Source of the DNA: Paramoeba atlantica
Lineage: Eukaryota; Protista; Discosea
DNA length: 64,000 bases
Direction of reading: 5' to 3'
Assembly (NCBI GenBank): GCA_977017575.1
Contig: CDRNVI010000145.1
Span: 26,797-90,796, forward strand
The notes below the pieces were generated by a model. The model was not told where the DNA came from. It saw nothing but the letters and a program-made list of their open reading frames with translations, and searched no databases. This document shows positions 1-10,883 of the stretch, piece by piece (positions within the stretch are counted from its first letter, which is position 1; each line of letters opens with the position of its first letter). Both the position numbers and the translations under genes were made by a program.

Positions 1-3000
1 TATGTTGGAAACGAACAATGGCTTGGATCTCCTCTTTCGATTGAAAACGGAGGAACTGGAGCCAATACTTTCGAACAAGTTGTTGATAATTTCGAGTTAG
101 GAGAACTTGCCTTTTTGGATGTTATTGGGGACTCTTTATGGAGTGGTGATTCTCTTGGTCTTGAAAATGGAGGACTTGAAGCATCCAATGTGATTGATGC
201 TCGTTACAATCTTCTTCTTGGTGCTTTATCAACTCTCGATTATGTTGGAAATGAACAATGGCTTGGATCTCCTCTTTCGATTGAAAATGGAGGAACTGGA
301 GCAAATACTTTCGAACAAGTTGTTGATAACTTTGAGTTGGGAGAACTTGCCTTTTTGGATGTTGTTAGAGATTCATTGTGGAGTGGTGATTCTCTTGGTA
401 TTGAAAATGGTGGGTTTGAAGCATCAAATGTGATTGATGCTCGTTACAATCTTCTTCTTGGTGCTTTGTCAACCCTCGATTATGTTGGAAATGAACAATG
501 GCTTGGATCTCCTCTTTCAATCGAAAACGGAGGAACTGGAGCAAATACTTTTGAACAAGTTGTTGATAATTTTGAGTTGGGAGAACTTGCCTTTTTGGAT
601 GTTATTGGGGACTCTTTATGGAGTGGTGATTCTCTTAGTATTGAAAATGGTGGGTTTGAAGCATCCAACGTGATTGATGCTCGATATAATCTTCTTCTTG
701 GTGCTTTATCAACTCTCGATTACGTTGGAAATGAACAATGGCTTGGATCTCCTCTTTCCATCGAAAATGGAGGAACTGGAGCCAATACTTTCGAACAAGT
801 TGTTGATAACTTTGAGTTGGGAGAACTTGCCTTTTTGGATGTTATTGGAGATTCTTTATGGAGTGGTGACCCTTTAACTTTCGAAAATGGAGGACTTGAA
901 GCAAACAATGTGATTGATTCTCGTTACAATCTTCTTCTTGGTGCTTTATCAACTCTCGATTATGTTGGGAATGAACAATGGCTTGGATCTCCTCTTTCAA
1001 TCGAAAATGGAGGAACTGGAGCCAATACTTTCGAACAAGTTGTTGATAACTTTGAGTTGGGAGAACTTGCCTTTTTAGATGTTGTTGGAGATTCATTATG
1101 GAGTGGTGACTCTCTTAGTATTGAAAATGGTGGGTTTGAAGCATCCAATGTGATTGATGCTCGTTACAATCTTCTTCTTGGTTATTTATCAACTCTTGAT
1201 TATGTTGGAAATGACCAATGGCTTGGATCTCCTCTTTCGATTGAAAATGGAGGAACTGGAGCAAATACTTTTGAAGAAGCTGTTGATAATTTTGAGTTGG
1301 GAGAACTTGCCTTCTTTGACGTTGTTAGAGATTCATTGTGGAGTGGTGATTCTCTTAGTATCGAAAATGGTGGGTTTGAAGCATCTAATGTGATTGATGC
1401 TCGTTACAATTTGAATCTTGGATATCTCTCAACCTACGATTATTTCGGAGATAACCTTTGGATTGGTCCTCCTCTTTCAGTGGACAATGGAGGAACTGGA
1501 GTGACCACATATTATGATCTCACAGATCGACTTGAACTTGGAGATTTGGCTTACTTAGATTATGTGATGGATTTCTATTATGGTGGTGATCCACTCTCAA
1601 TCGAAAATGGTGGTTTTGAAGCTTCCAATGTTCTTGATGCTCGTTACAATTTGAATCTTGGATATCTTGCAACATATGATTATCTTGGAGATAACCTTTG
1701 GATTGGTCCTCCTTTGGGAGTCAACAATGGAGGAACTGGAGTGACCTCTTATTATGATTTGACTGATGAACTTGAACTTGGAGAGTTGGCTTACTTAGAT
1801 TATGTGATGGATTATTATTACGGTGGTGATCCACTCTCAATCGAAAATGGTGGTTTTGAAGCTTCCAATGTTCTTGATGCTCGTTACAATTTGAATCTTG
1901 GATATCTTGCAACATACGATTATCTTGGAGATAACCTTTGGATTGGTCCTCCTTTGGGTGTTGATAATGGAGGAACTGGAGTGACCTCTTATTATGATTT
2001 GACCGATGAACTTGAACTTGGAGAGTTGGCTTACATGGATTATGTGATGGATTATTATTATGGTGGTGATCCACTCTCAATCGAAAACGGTGGGTTTGAA
2101 GCTTCTAATGTTCTTGATGCTCGATACAATTTGAATCTTGGATATCTCTCAACCTTTGATTACCTTGGGGATAACCTTTGGATCGGTCCTCCATTGAGTG
2201 TTAATAATGGAGGAACTGGAGTGACAACCTATTATGATTTGACTGATGCTCTTGAGCTTGGAGATTTAGCTTATTTAGATTATGTAATGGATTTCTATTA
2301 TGGTGGTGAACCACTCTCAATCGAAAATGGGGGTTTTGAAGCTTCCAACATTCTCGATGCTCGTTACAACCTTAATCTTGGATATCTCTCGACCTTTGAT
2401 TACCTTGGGGATAACCTTTGGATTGGTCCTCCATTGGGTGTTAACAATGGAGGAACTGGAGTGACAACCTATTATGATTTAACTGATGTTCTTGAACTTG
2501 GAGATTTAGCTTATTTAGATTATGTAATGGATTTCTATTATGGTGGTGATCCTCTTTCGATCAAAAATGGGGGTTTTGAAGCTTCCAACATTCTTGATGC
2601 TCGTTACAATCTTAATCTCGGATATCTTTCGACTTATGATTATATCGGAGATGATCTTTGGATTGGTCCTCCTTTGGGTGTTGATAATGGAGGAACTGGA
2701 GTTTCTTCTTACTATGATTTGACTGACGCTCTTGAACTTGGAGAGTTGGCTTACATGGATTATGTGATGGATTATTATTATGGTGGTGAACCACTCTCAA
2801 TCGAAAATGGTGGGTTCGATGCATCAAATGTGATTGATGCTCGTTACAATCTTCTTCTTGGTTATTTATCAACTCTCGATGCTGTTGGAAATGACCAATG
2901 GCTTGGAGCTCCTCTTTCAATCGAAAATGGAGGAACTGGAGCCAACACTTTTGAAGAAGCTGTTGATAACTTTGAATTGGGAGAACTTGCCTTTTTGGAT

Positions 3001-6000
3001 GTCGTTGGAGACTCTTTATGGAGTGGTGATTCTCTTAGTATTGAAAATGGTGGTTTTGAAGCTTCCAACATTCTTGATGCTCGTTACAATCTTAATCTCG
3101 GATATCTTTCGACTTTTGATTACATTGGAGATAACCTTTGGATTGGCCCTCCTTTGGGTGTTGATAATGGAGGAACTGGTGTTTCTTCTTATTATGATTT
3201 AACTGACGCTCTTGAACTTGGTGAATTAGCTTACTTAGATTATGTAATGGATTATTATTATGGTGGAGACGAACTATCCATTGTGAATGGTGGAACTCAA
3301 GCAACTAATGTTTTTGATGTTCGATACAATTTGAATCTTGGATATCTCTCGACTTACGATTACATTGGAGATAACCTTTGGATTGGCCCTCCTTTGGGCA
3401 TCAACAATGGAGGAACTGGAGTGACCACTTATTATGAGTTAACTGACGAACTTGAACTTGGAGAGTTAGCTTATTTAGATTATGTGATGGATTTCTATTA
3501 CAGTGGAGAAGATTTGTCTCGATACAATGGAGGAACTGAAGCTTCCAATGTTCTTGATGCTCGTTACAATCTTAATCTTGGGTATCTCTCGACCTTTGAT
3601 TACATTGGAGATAACCTTTGGATTGGCCCTCCTCTTTCAGTGGACAATGGGGGAACTGGTGTTTCTTCTTATTATGAGTTGACCGATGCTCTTGAACTTG
3701 GAGAGTTGGCTTATTTAGATTATGTGATGGATTTCTATTACAGTGGCGAAGATTTGTCTCGATACAATGGAGGAACTGAAGCTTCCAATGTTCTTGATGC
3801 TCGTTACAATCTTAATCTTGGGTATCTCTCAACCTTTGATTACATTGGGGATAATCTTTGGATTGGTCCTCCTCTTTCAGTGGACAATGGAGGAACTGGT
3901 GTTTCTTCTTATTACGAGTTAACTGACGCTCTTGAACTTGGAGAGTTAGCTTATTTGGATTATGTAATGGATTATTATTATGGTGGAGATGGACTCTCCA
4001 TTGTAAATGGTGGAACTCAAGCAACCAATGTTCTTGATGTTCGATACAATCTTAATCTTGGATACCTCTCAACATATGATTACATTGGAGATAACCTTTG
4101 GATTGGTCCTCCTTTGGGCATCAACAATGGAGGAACTGGAGTGACCACTTATTATGAGTTAACTGACGCTCTTGAACTTGGAGAGTTGGCTTATTTGGAT
4201 TATGTGATGGATTATTATTATGGTGGAGACGAACTCTCAATTGTGAATGGTGGAACTCAAGCAACCAATGTTCTTGATGTTCGTTACAATCTCAATCTTG
4301 GGTATCTCTCAACCTACGATTACATTGGAGATAACCTTTGGATTGGCCCTCCTTTGGGCATCAACAATGGAGGAACTGGAGTGACCACTTATTATGAGTT
4401 GACTGACGAACTTGAACTTGGAGAGTTGGCCTATTTGGATTATGTGATGGATTTCTATTACAGTGGAGAAGATTTGTCTCGATACAATGGAGGAACTGAA
4501 GCTTCTAATGTTATTGATGCTCGATACAATCTTAATCTTGGATATCTTTCAACATATGATTACATTGGAAATGATCTTTGGATTGGTCCTCCTTTGGGTG
4601 TTGATAATGGGGGAACTGGTGTTTCTTCTTATTATGATTTAACTGATGTTCTTGAACTTGGAGAGTTAGCTTATTTGGATTATGTGATGGATTATTATTA
4701 TGGTGGAGACGAACTTTCGATTGTGAATGGAGGAACTGAAGCTGCCAATGTTCTTGATGTTCGTTACAATCTTAATCTGGGGTATCTTTCAACATCTGAT
4801 TACATTGGGGATAATCTTTGGATTGGTCCTCCTCTTTCAGTTGATAATGGAGGAACTGGAGTTTCTTCTTATTATGAGTTAACTGATGTTCTCGAACTTG
4901 GAGAGTTGGCTTATTTGGATTATGTGATGGATTATTATTATGGTGGAGACGGACTCTCCATTGTAAATGGTGGAACTCAAGCAACCAATGTTCTTGATGT
5001 TCGTTACAATTTGAATCTTGGGTATCTCTCAACTTACGATTACATTGGAGATAACCTTTGGATCGGTCCTCCTCTTTCAGTTGATAATGGAGGAACTGGA
5101 GTTTCTTCTTATTATGAGTTAACTGATGTTCTTGAACTTGGAGAGTTGGCTTATTTGGATTATGTGATGGATTATTATTATGGCGGTGATGAACTATCCA
5201 TTGTGAATGGAGGAACTGAAGCTGCCAATGTTCTTGATGTTCGTTACAATCTTAATCTTGGGTATCTCTCAACCTTTGATTACATTGGAGATAATCTTTG
5301 GATTGGTCCTCCTCTTTCAGTGGACAATGGAGGAACTGGAGTTTCTTCTTATTATGAGTTGACTGATGTTCTTGAACTTGGAGAGTTGGCTTATTTAGAT
5401 TATGTGATGGATTATTATTATGGTGGAGACGAACTCTCCATTGTAAATGGAGGAACTGAAGCTTCCAATATTCTTGATGTTCGATACAATCTTAATCTTG
5501 GATACCTCTCAACCTTTGATTACATTGGAGATAACCTTTGGATTGGTCCTCCTCTTTCAGTTGATAATGGAGGAACTGGTGTTTCTTCTTATTATGAGTT
5601 AACTGACGCTCTTGAACTTGGAGAGTTGGCTTATTTAGATTATGTAATGGATTATTATTATGGTGGAGACGGACTCTCCATTGTGAATGGAGGAACTCAA
5701 GCAATGAATGTTCTTGATGCTCGTTACAATTTGAATCTTGGATATCTTTCAACTTATGATTATATCGGAGATAACCTTTGGATTGGTCCTCCTTTGGGTG
5801 TTGATAATGGAGGAACTGGAGTGACATCTTATTATGAGTTGACTGATGCTCTTGAACTTGGTGAATTAGCTTACATGGATTATGTAATGGATTATTATTA
5901 TGGTGGTGATGAACTATCCATTGTAAATGGAGGAACTGAAGCTTCCAATGTTCTTGATGCTCGATACAATCTTAATCTTGGGTATCTCTCGACTTACGAT

Positions 6001-9000
6001 TACATTGGAGATAACCTTTGGATTGGTCCTCCTCTTTCAGTGGACAATGGAGGAACTGGTGTTTCTTCTTATTACGAGTTGACTGATGTTCTTGAACTTG
6101 GAGAGTTGGCTTATTTGGATTATGTGATGGATTATTATTATGGTGGAGACGAACTTTCTCTGGTGAATGGTGGAACTCAAGCAACTAATGTTCTTGATAT
6201 TCGTTACAATCTTAATCTTGGGTATCTCTCGACTTACGATTACATTGGAAATAACCTTTGGATTGGTCCTCCTCTTTCAGTGGACAATGGAGGAACTGGT
6301 GTTTCTTCTTATTATGAGTTAACTGACGCTCTTGAACTTGGAGAGTTGGCCTATTTGGATTATGTAATGGATTTCTATTATGGTGGAGACGGACTCTCCA
6401 TTGTAAATGGTGGAACTCAAGCAATGAATGTTCTTGATATTCGTTACAATCTTAATCTTGGATACCTCTCAACCTTTGATTACATTGGAGATAACCTTTG
6501 GATTGGCCCTCCTTTGGGTGTTGATAATGGAGGAACTGGAGTGACATCTTATTATGAGTTGACTGACGTTCTTGAACTTGGTGAATTAGCTTACATGGAT
6601 TATGTAATGGATTATTATTATGGTGGCGATGAACTATCCATTGTAAATGGAGGAACTGAAGCTTCCAATGTTCTTGATGTTCGTTACAATCTCAATCTTG
6701 GATATCTCTCGACTTACGATTACATTGGAGATAACCTTTGGATTGGTCCTCCTCTTTCAGTGGACAATGGGGGAACTGGTGTTTCTTCTTATTATGAGTT
6801 GACTGATGTTCTTGAACTTGGAGAGTTGGCTTATTTGGATTATGTGATGGATTATTATTATGGTGGAGACGGACTCTCCATTGTAAATGGAGGAACCCAA
6901 GCTCCCAATGTTCTTGATATTCGTTACAATCTTAATCTTGGGTATCTCTCAACTTATGATTACATTGGAGATAACCTTTGGATTGGTCCTCCTTTGGGTG
7001 TTGATAATGGAGGAACTGGAGTTTCTTCTTATTATGAGTTAACTGATGCTCTTGAACTTGGTGAATTAGCTTATTTGGATTATGTAATGAATTTCTATTA
7101 TGGTGGAGACGGACTCTCCATTGTAAATGGTGGAACCCAAGCAACCAATATTCTTGATGTTCGTTACAATCTTAATCTTGGATACCTCTCAACCTTTGAT
7201 TACATTGGGGATAATCTTTGGATTGGTCCTCCTCTTTCAGTGGACAATGGAGGAACTGGTGTTTCTTCTTATTACGAGTTAACTGATGCTCTTGAACTTG
7301 GAGAATTAGCGTATTTGGATTATGTGATGGATTATTATTATGGTGGCGATGAACTATCCATTGCGAATGGAGGAACTGAAGCTGCCAATGTTTTCGATGT
7401 TCGTTACAATTTGAATCTTGGGTATCTCGCAACCTTTGATTACATTGGGGATAATCTTTGGATTGGTTCTCCTCTTTCAGTGGACAATGGAGGAACTGGT
7501 GTTTCTTCTTATTATGAGTTAACTGATGCTCTTGAACTTGGAGAGTTGGCTTATTTGGATTATGTGATGGATTATTATTATGGTGGTGATGAACTATCCA
7601 TTGTGAACGGTGGGACCCAAGCAACCAATGTTCTTGATGTTCGTTACAATCTTAATCTTGGATACCTCTCAACATATGATTACATTGGAGATAATCTTTG
7701 GATTGGTCCTCCTTTGGGTGTTGATAATGGAGGAACTGGGGTGACATCCTATTATGAGTTAACTGATGCTCTTGAACTTGGAGAGTTGGCTTATTTAGAT
7801 TATGTGATGGATTATTATTATGGTGGAGACGAACTCTCAATTGTAAATGGAGGAACCCAAGCAACCAATGTTCTTGATGTTCGTTACAATCTCAATCTTG
7901 GATATCTCTCAACCTTTGATTACATTGGAGATAATCTTTGGATTGGTCCTCCTCTTTCAGTTGATCATGGAGGAACTGGAGTTTCTTCTTATTATGAGTT
8001 AACTGATGTTCTTGAACTTGGAGAGTTGGCTTATTTGGATTATGTGATGGATTTCTATTACAGTGGAGAAGATTTGTCTCGATACAATGGAGGAACTGAA
8101 GCTTCCAATGTTCTTGATGCTCGTTACAATCTTAATCTTGGATACCTCTCGACAGTTGATTACATTGGGGATAACCTTTGGATTGGTTCTCCTCTTTCAG
8201 TGGACAATGGAGGAACTGGTGTTTCTTCTTATTATGACCTAACTGATGCTCTTGAACTTGGAGAGTTAGCTTATTTAGATTATGTAATGGATTATTATTA
8301 TGGTGGTGATGAACTATCCATTGTGAACGGTGGGACCCAAGCAACCAATGTTCTTGATGTTCGTTACAATCTTAATCTTGGATACCTCTCAACATATGAT
8401 TACATTGGAGATAATCTTTGGATTGGTCCTCCTTTGAGTGTTGATAATGGAGGAACTGGAGTGACATCCTATTATGAGTTAACTGACGCTCTTGAACTTG
8501 GAGAGTTGGCTTATTTAGATTATGTAATGGATTATTATTATGGTGGAGACGAACTCTCAATTGTAAATGGAGGAACCCAAGCAACCAATGTTCTTGATGT
8601 TCGTTACAATCTCAATCTTGGATATCTCTCAACCTTTGATTACATTGGAGATAATCTTTGGATTGGTCCTCCTCTTTCAGTTGATCATGGAGGAACCGGA
8701 GTTTCTTCTTATTATGAGTTAACTGATGTTCTTGAACTTGGAGAGTTGGCTTATTTGGATTATGTGATGGATTTCTATTACAGTGGAGAAGATTTGTCTC
8801 GATACAATGGAGGAACTGAAGCTTCCAATGTTCTTGATGCTCGATACAATCTTAATCTTGGATACCTCTCGACAGTTGATTACATTGGGGATAATCTTTG
8901 GATTGGTTCTCCTCTTTCAGTGGATAATGGAGGAACTGGTGTTTCTTCTTATTATGAGTTAACTGATGCTCTTGAACTTGGAGAGTTAGCTTATTTAGAT

Positions 9001-10420
9001 TATGTAATGGATTATTATTATGGTGGTGATGAACTCTCCATTGCAAATGGTGGAACTGAAGCTTCCAGTGTTATTGATGTTCGTTACAATTTGAATCTTG
9101 GGTATCTCTCAACATATGATTATATTGGAGATAATCTCTGGATTGGTCCTCCTTTGGGTGTGGACAATGGAGGAACTGGTGTTTCTTCTTATTATGACCT
9201 AACTGATGAACTTGAACTTGGAGAATTAGCTTACTTAGATTACGTGATGGATTATTATTATGGTGGTGATGAACTCTCCATTGTAAATGGTGGAACTCAA
9301 GCAACCAATGTTCTTGATGTTCGATACAATCTTAATCTTGGGTATCTTTCAACATATGATTACATTGGAGATAACCTTTGGATTGGTCCTTCTCTTTCAG
9401 TGGACAATGGGGGAACTGGAGTTTCTTCTTATTACGATTTAACTGATGTTCTTGAACTTGGAGAGTTGGCTTATTTGGATTATGTGATGGATTATTATTA
9501 TGGTGGAGACGAACTTTCTATTGCAAATGGAGGGACCCAAGCAACCAATGTTCTTGATGTTCGTTACAATCTCAATCTTGGATATCTCTCAACCTACGAT
9601 TACATTGGAGATAACCTTTGGATTGGTCCTCCTCTTTCAGTGGACAATGGGGGAACTGGTGTTTCTTCTTATTATGAGTTAACTGATGCTCTTGAACTTG
9701 GAGAGTTAGGTTATTTAGATTATGTGATGGATTATTATTATGGTGGTGATGAACTATCCATTGCAAATGGAGGAACTGAAGCTTCCAGTGTTATTGATGT
9801 TCGATACAATCTTAATCTTGGATATCTCTCAACATATGATTACATTGGAGATAATCTTTGGATTGGTCCTTCTCTTTCAGTGGACAATGGGGGAACTGGA
9901 GTTTCTTCTTATTCCGAGTTAACTGATGCTCTTGAACTTGGAGAGTTAGCTTATTTAGATTATGTGATGGATTATTATTATGGCGGTGATGAACTCTCAA
10001 TGTTTAATGGTGGAACTGATGCTACGAAAGCAGTGGATCGAAGATATACCGCGCTTTTGGGACATCTTGCCACAGAAGATTATCTTTCGAATGATCTTTG
10101 GATTGGAACACCTCTCTCTGTGACGAATGGTGGAACTGGTGCTTCAACTCCATCAGAAGCTCAAGAGAATCTTTACATTGGATCAGTTGGGTTGTTGTGG
10201 TCTCTTGATAATGCTCATTGGAATTCTGGGCCACTTTCAATCGAAAATGGTGGGTCTGCTGGTTCTGATCTGACCGAGGCAAGAGAAAATTTGGGTGTCA
10301 GTTTATTAGGTTTCAATAATGAAGTGAGTGATTTGATTTGGGATTATTATGGTCCTCCTCTTGGAGTTGAGAATGGAGGAACAGGTGCGGAGGATTTGCA
10401 ATTGGGATGGAAGAATCTGG
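1..10420 (+). repeat. Coding tandem array of about 43 x 240-bp units, each made of two related 120-bp halves
   Basis: The pattern recurs exactly every four 60-nt lines. Two unit types: YVGNEQWLGSP.. at 1-~1410 and ~2830-3060, and YIGDNLWIGPP.. elsewhere. The last ~400 bp are degenerate. Confidence 0.97.
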
Positions 10421-10503
10421 GTCTCTTTACGGAAGGTTTTATGGATCTATTTTGTGATATGTGGTTTGAGTATTATGAAGTTGATCTTTGTGATAATTCG
10501 TAG
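1..10503 (+). CDS. Giant intronless tandem-repeat protein (5' partial, >=3500 aa) with phage-tail-fibre-like LSIxNGGTG...ARxNLxLG repeats; acidic and Tyr/Gly/Leu-rich
   Basis: Frame 1 is open from base 1 to TAG at 10501-10503; the ORF track only starts it at a TTG at 115, so the real start lies upstream. The 80-aa unit repeats without indels and much of the variation is at third codon positions. Repeats degenerate near the C-terminus, which ends ...DMWFEYYEVDLCDNS. Confidence 0.9.
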   Translation, partial: YVGNEQWLGSPLSIENGGTGANTFEQVVDNFELGELAFLDVIGDSLWSGDSLGLENGGLEASNVIDARYNLLLGALSTLDYVGNEQWLGSPLSIENGGTGANTFEQVVDNFELGELAFLDVVRDSLWSGDSLGIENGGFEASNVIDARYNLLLGALSTLDYVGNEQWLGSPLSIENGGTGANTFEQVVDNFELGELAFLDVIGDSLWSGDSLSIENGGFEASNVIDARYNLLLGALSTLDYVGNEQWLGSPLSIENGGTGANTFEQVVDNFELGELAFLDVIGDSLWSGDPLTFENGGLEANNVIDSRYNLLLGALSTLDYVGNEQWLGSPLSIENGGTGANTFEQVVDNFELGELAFLDVVGDSLWSGDSLSIENGGFEASNVIDARYNLLLGYLSTLDYVGNDQWLGSPLSIENGGTGANTFEEAVDNFELGELAFFDVVRDSLWSGDSLSIENGGFEASNVIDARYNLNLGYLSTYDYFGDNLWIGPPLSVDNGGTGVTTYYDLTDRLELGDLAYLDYVMDFYYGGDPLSIENGGFEASNVLDARYNLNLGYLATYDYLGDNLWIGPPLGVNNGGTGVTSYYDLTDELELGELAYLDYVMDYYYGGDPLSIENGGFEASNVLDARYNLNLGYLATYDYLGDNLWIGPPLGVDNGGTGVTSYYDLTDELELGELAYMDYVMDYYYGGDPLSIENGGFEASNVLDARYNLNLGYLSTFDYLGDNLWIGPPLSVNNGGTGVTTYYDLTDALELGDLAYLDYVMDFYYGGEPLSIENGGFEASNILDARYNLNLGYLSTFDYLGDNLWIGPPLGVNNGGTGVTTYYDLTDVLELGDLAYLDYVMDFYYGGDPLSIKNGGFEASNILDARYNLNLGYLSTYDYIGDDLWIGPPLGVDNGGTGVSSYYDLTDALELGELAYMDYVMDYYYGGEPLSIENGGFDASNVIDARYNLLLGYLSTLDAVGNDQWLGAPLSIENGGTGANTFEEAVDNFELGELAFLDVVGDSLWSGDSLSIENGGFEASNILDARYNLNLGYLSTFDYIGDNLWIGPPLGVDNGGTGVSSYYDLTDALELGELAYLDYVMDYYYGGDELSIVNGGTQATNVFDVRYNLNLGYLSTYDYIGDNLWIGPPLGINNGGTGVTTYYELTDELELGELAYLDYVMDFYYSGEDLSRYNGGTEASNVLDARYNLNLGYLSTFDYIGDNLWIGPPLSVDNGGTGVSSYYELTDALELGELAYLDYVMDFYYSGEDLSRYNGGTEASNVLDARYNLNLGYLSTFDYIGDNLWIGPPLSVDNGGTGVSSYYELTDALELGELAYLDYVMDYYYGGDGLSIVNGGTQATNVLDVRYNLNLGYLSTYDYIGDNLWIGPPLGINNGGTGVTTYYELTDALELGELAYLDYVMDYYYGGDELSIVNGGTQATNVLDVRYNLNLGYLSTYDYIGDNLWIGPPLGINNGGTGVTTYYELTDELELGELAYLDYVMDFYYSGEDLSRYNGGTEASNVIDARYNLNLGYLSTYDYIGNDLWIGPPLGVDNGGTGVSSYYDLTDVLELGELAYLDYVMDYYYGGDELSIVNGGTEAANVLDVRYNLNLGYLSTSDYIGDNLWIGPPLSVDNGGTGVSSYYELTDVLELGELAYLDYVMDYYYGGDGLSIVNGGTQATNVLDVRYNLNLGYLSTYDYIGDNLWIGPPLSVDNGGTGVSSYYELTDVLELGELAYLDYVMDYYYGGDELSIVNGGTEAANVLDVRYNLNLGYLSTFDYIGDNLWIGPPLSVDNGGTGVSSYYELTDVLELGELAYLDYVMDYYYGGDELSIVNGGTEASNILDVRYNLNLGYLSTFDYIGDNLWIGPPLSVDNGGTGVSSYYELTDALELGELAYLDYVMDYYYGGDGLSIVNGGTQAMNVLDARYNLNLGYLSTYDYIGDNLWIGPPLGVDNGGTGVTSYYELTDALELGELAYMDYVMDYYYGGDELSIVNGGTEASNVLDARYNLNLGYLSTYDYIGDNLWIGPPLSVDNGGTGVSSYYELTDVLELGELAYLDYVMDYYYGGDELSLVNGGTQATNVLDIRYNLNLGYLSTYDYIGNNLWIGPPLSVDNGGTGVSSYYELTDALELGELAYLDYVMDFYYGGDGLSIVNGGTQAMNVLDIRYNLNLGYLSTFDYIGDNLWIGPPLGVDNGGTGVTSYYELTDVLELGELAYMDYVMDYYYGGDELSIVNGGTEASNVLDVRYNLNLGYLSTYDYIGDNLWIGPPLSVDNGGTGVSSYYELTDVLELGELAYLDYVMDYYYGGDGLSIVNGGTQAPNVLDIRYNLNLGYLSTYDYIGDNLWIGPPLGVDNGGTGVSSYYELTDALELGELAYLDYVMNFYYGGDGLSIVNGGTQATNILDVRYNLNLGYLSTFDYIGDNLWIGPPLSVDNGGTGVSSYYELTDALELGELAYLDYVMDYYYGGDELSIANGGTEAANVFDVRYNLNLGYLATFDYIGDNLWIGSPLSVDNGGTGVSSYYELTDALELGELAYLDYVMDYYYGGDELSIVNGGTQATNVLDVRYNLNLGYLSTYDYIGDNLWIGPPLGVDNGGTGVTSYYELTDALELGELAYLDYVMDYYYGGDELSIVNGGTQATNVLDVRYNLNLGYLSTFDYIGDNLWIGPPLSVDHGGTGVSSYYELTDVLELGELAYLDYVMDFYYSGEDLSRYNGGTEASNVLDARYNLNLGYLSTVDYIGDNLWIGSPLSVDNGGTGVSSYYDLTDALELGELAYLDYVMDYYYGGDELSIVNGGTQATNVLDVRYNLNLGYLSTYDYIGDNLWIGPPLSVDNGGTGVTSYYELTDALELGELAYLDYVMDYYYGGDELSIVNGGTQATNVLDVRYNLNLGYLSTFDYIGDNLWIGPPLSVDHGGTGVSSYYELTDVLELGELAYLDYVMDFYYSGEDLSRYNGGTEASNVLDARYNLNLGYLSTVDYIGDNLWIGSPLSVDNGGTGVSSYYELTDALELGELAYLDYVMDYYYGGDELSIANGGTEASSVIDVRYNLNLGYLSTYDYIGDNLWIGPPLGVDNGGTGVSSYYDLTDELELGELAYLDYVMDYYYGGDELSIVNGGTQATNVLDVRYNLNLGYLSTYDYIGDNLWIGPSLSVDNGGTGVSSYYDLTDVLELGELAYLDYVMDYYYGGDELSIANGGTQATNVLDVRYNLNLGYLSTYDYIGDNLWIGPPLSVDNGGTGVSSYYELTDALELGELGYLDYVMDYYYGGDELSIANGGTEASSVIDVRYNLNLGYLSTYDYIGDNLWIGPSLSVDNGGTGVSSYSELTDALELGELAYLDYVMDYYYGGDELSMFNGGTDATKAVDRRYTALLGHLATEDYLSNDLWIGTPLSVTNGGTGASTPSEAQENLYIGSVGLLWSLDNAHWNSGPLSIENGGSAGSDLTEARENLGVSLLGFNNEVSDLIWDYYGPPLGVENGGTGAEDLQLGWKNLGLFTEGFMDLFCDMWFEYYEVDLCDNS

Positions 10504-10883
10504 ATTTAAAAACACAAAAAAAATAAAATCTGGTTCAACGAAAAAAATTCACTCAAAGGACAAGAGAAAGCCAGAAAAAATGAAAAAATAAACCTTTGTT
10601 TCTGAAACTGATACTCCCTTTGATTTGCTTTTTTATTTTTCTATTTTATTATTTTCCCCCTCTCTCCCACACCACCACCCCAAATAAAATAAACAATTTC
10701 TTTTTGAAAAAAGAAGATTTCCTTTTCAATTTTGTGGAGGTTGATCCATTCTAGGTTTTTTGAGTTCAATTTCATCACCAAAACCATATTCAGCTCCAAT
10801 CTTTTTCTTTTTACTTTCTCTTTCTTCTTCTCCTTCTCTTTGTTCTTCTTCTATTTGTTCTTCTTTTCCATTTGATTTAATCT

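Noticed and set aside
122-10349. Dozens of 60-150 aa ORFs overlapping the giant ORF in other frames or on the minus strand
   Set aside because: They are periodic shadows of the 240-bp coding repeat.
1-10420. Regular repeat resembling a CRISPR-like array
   Set aside because: There are no unique spacers; the whole unit is repeated and is in-frame coding.
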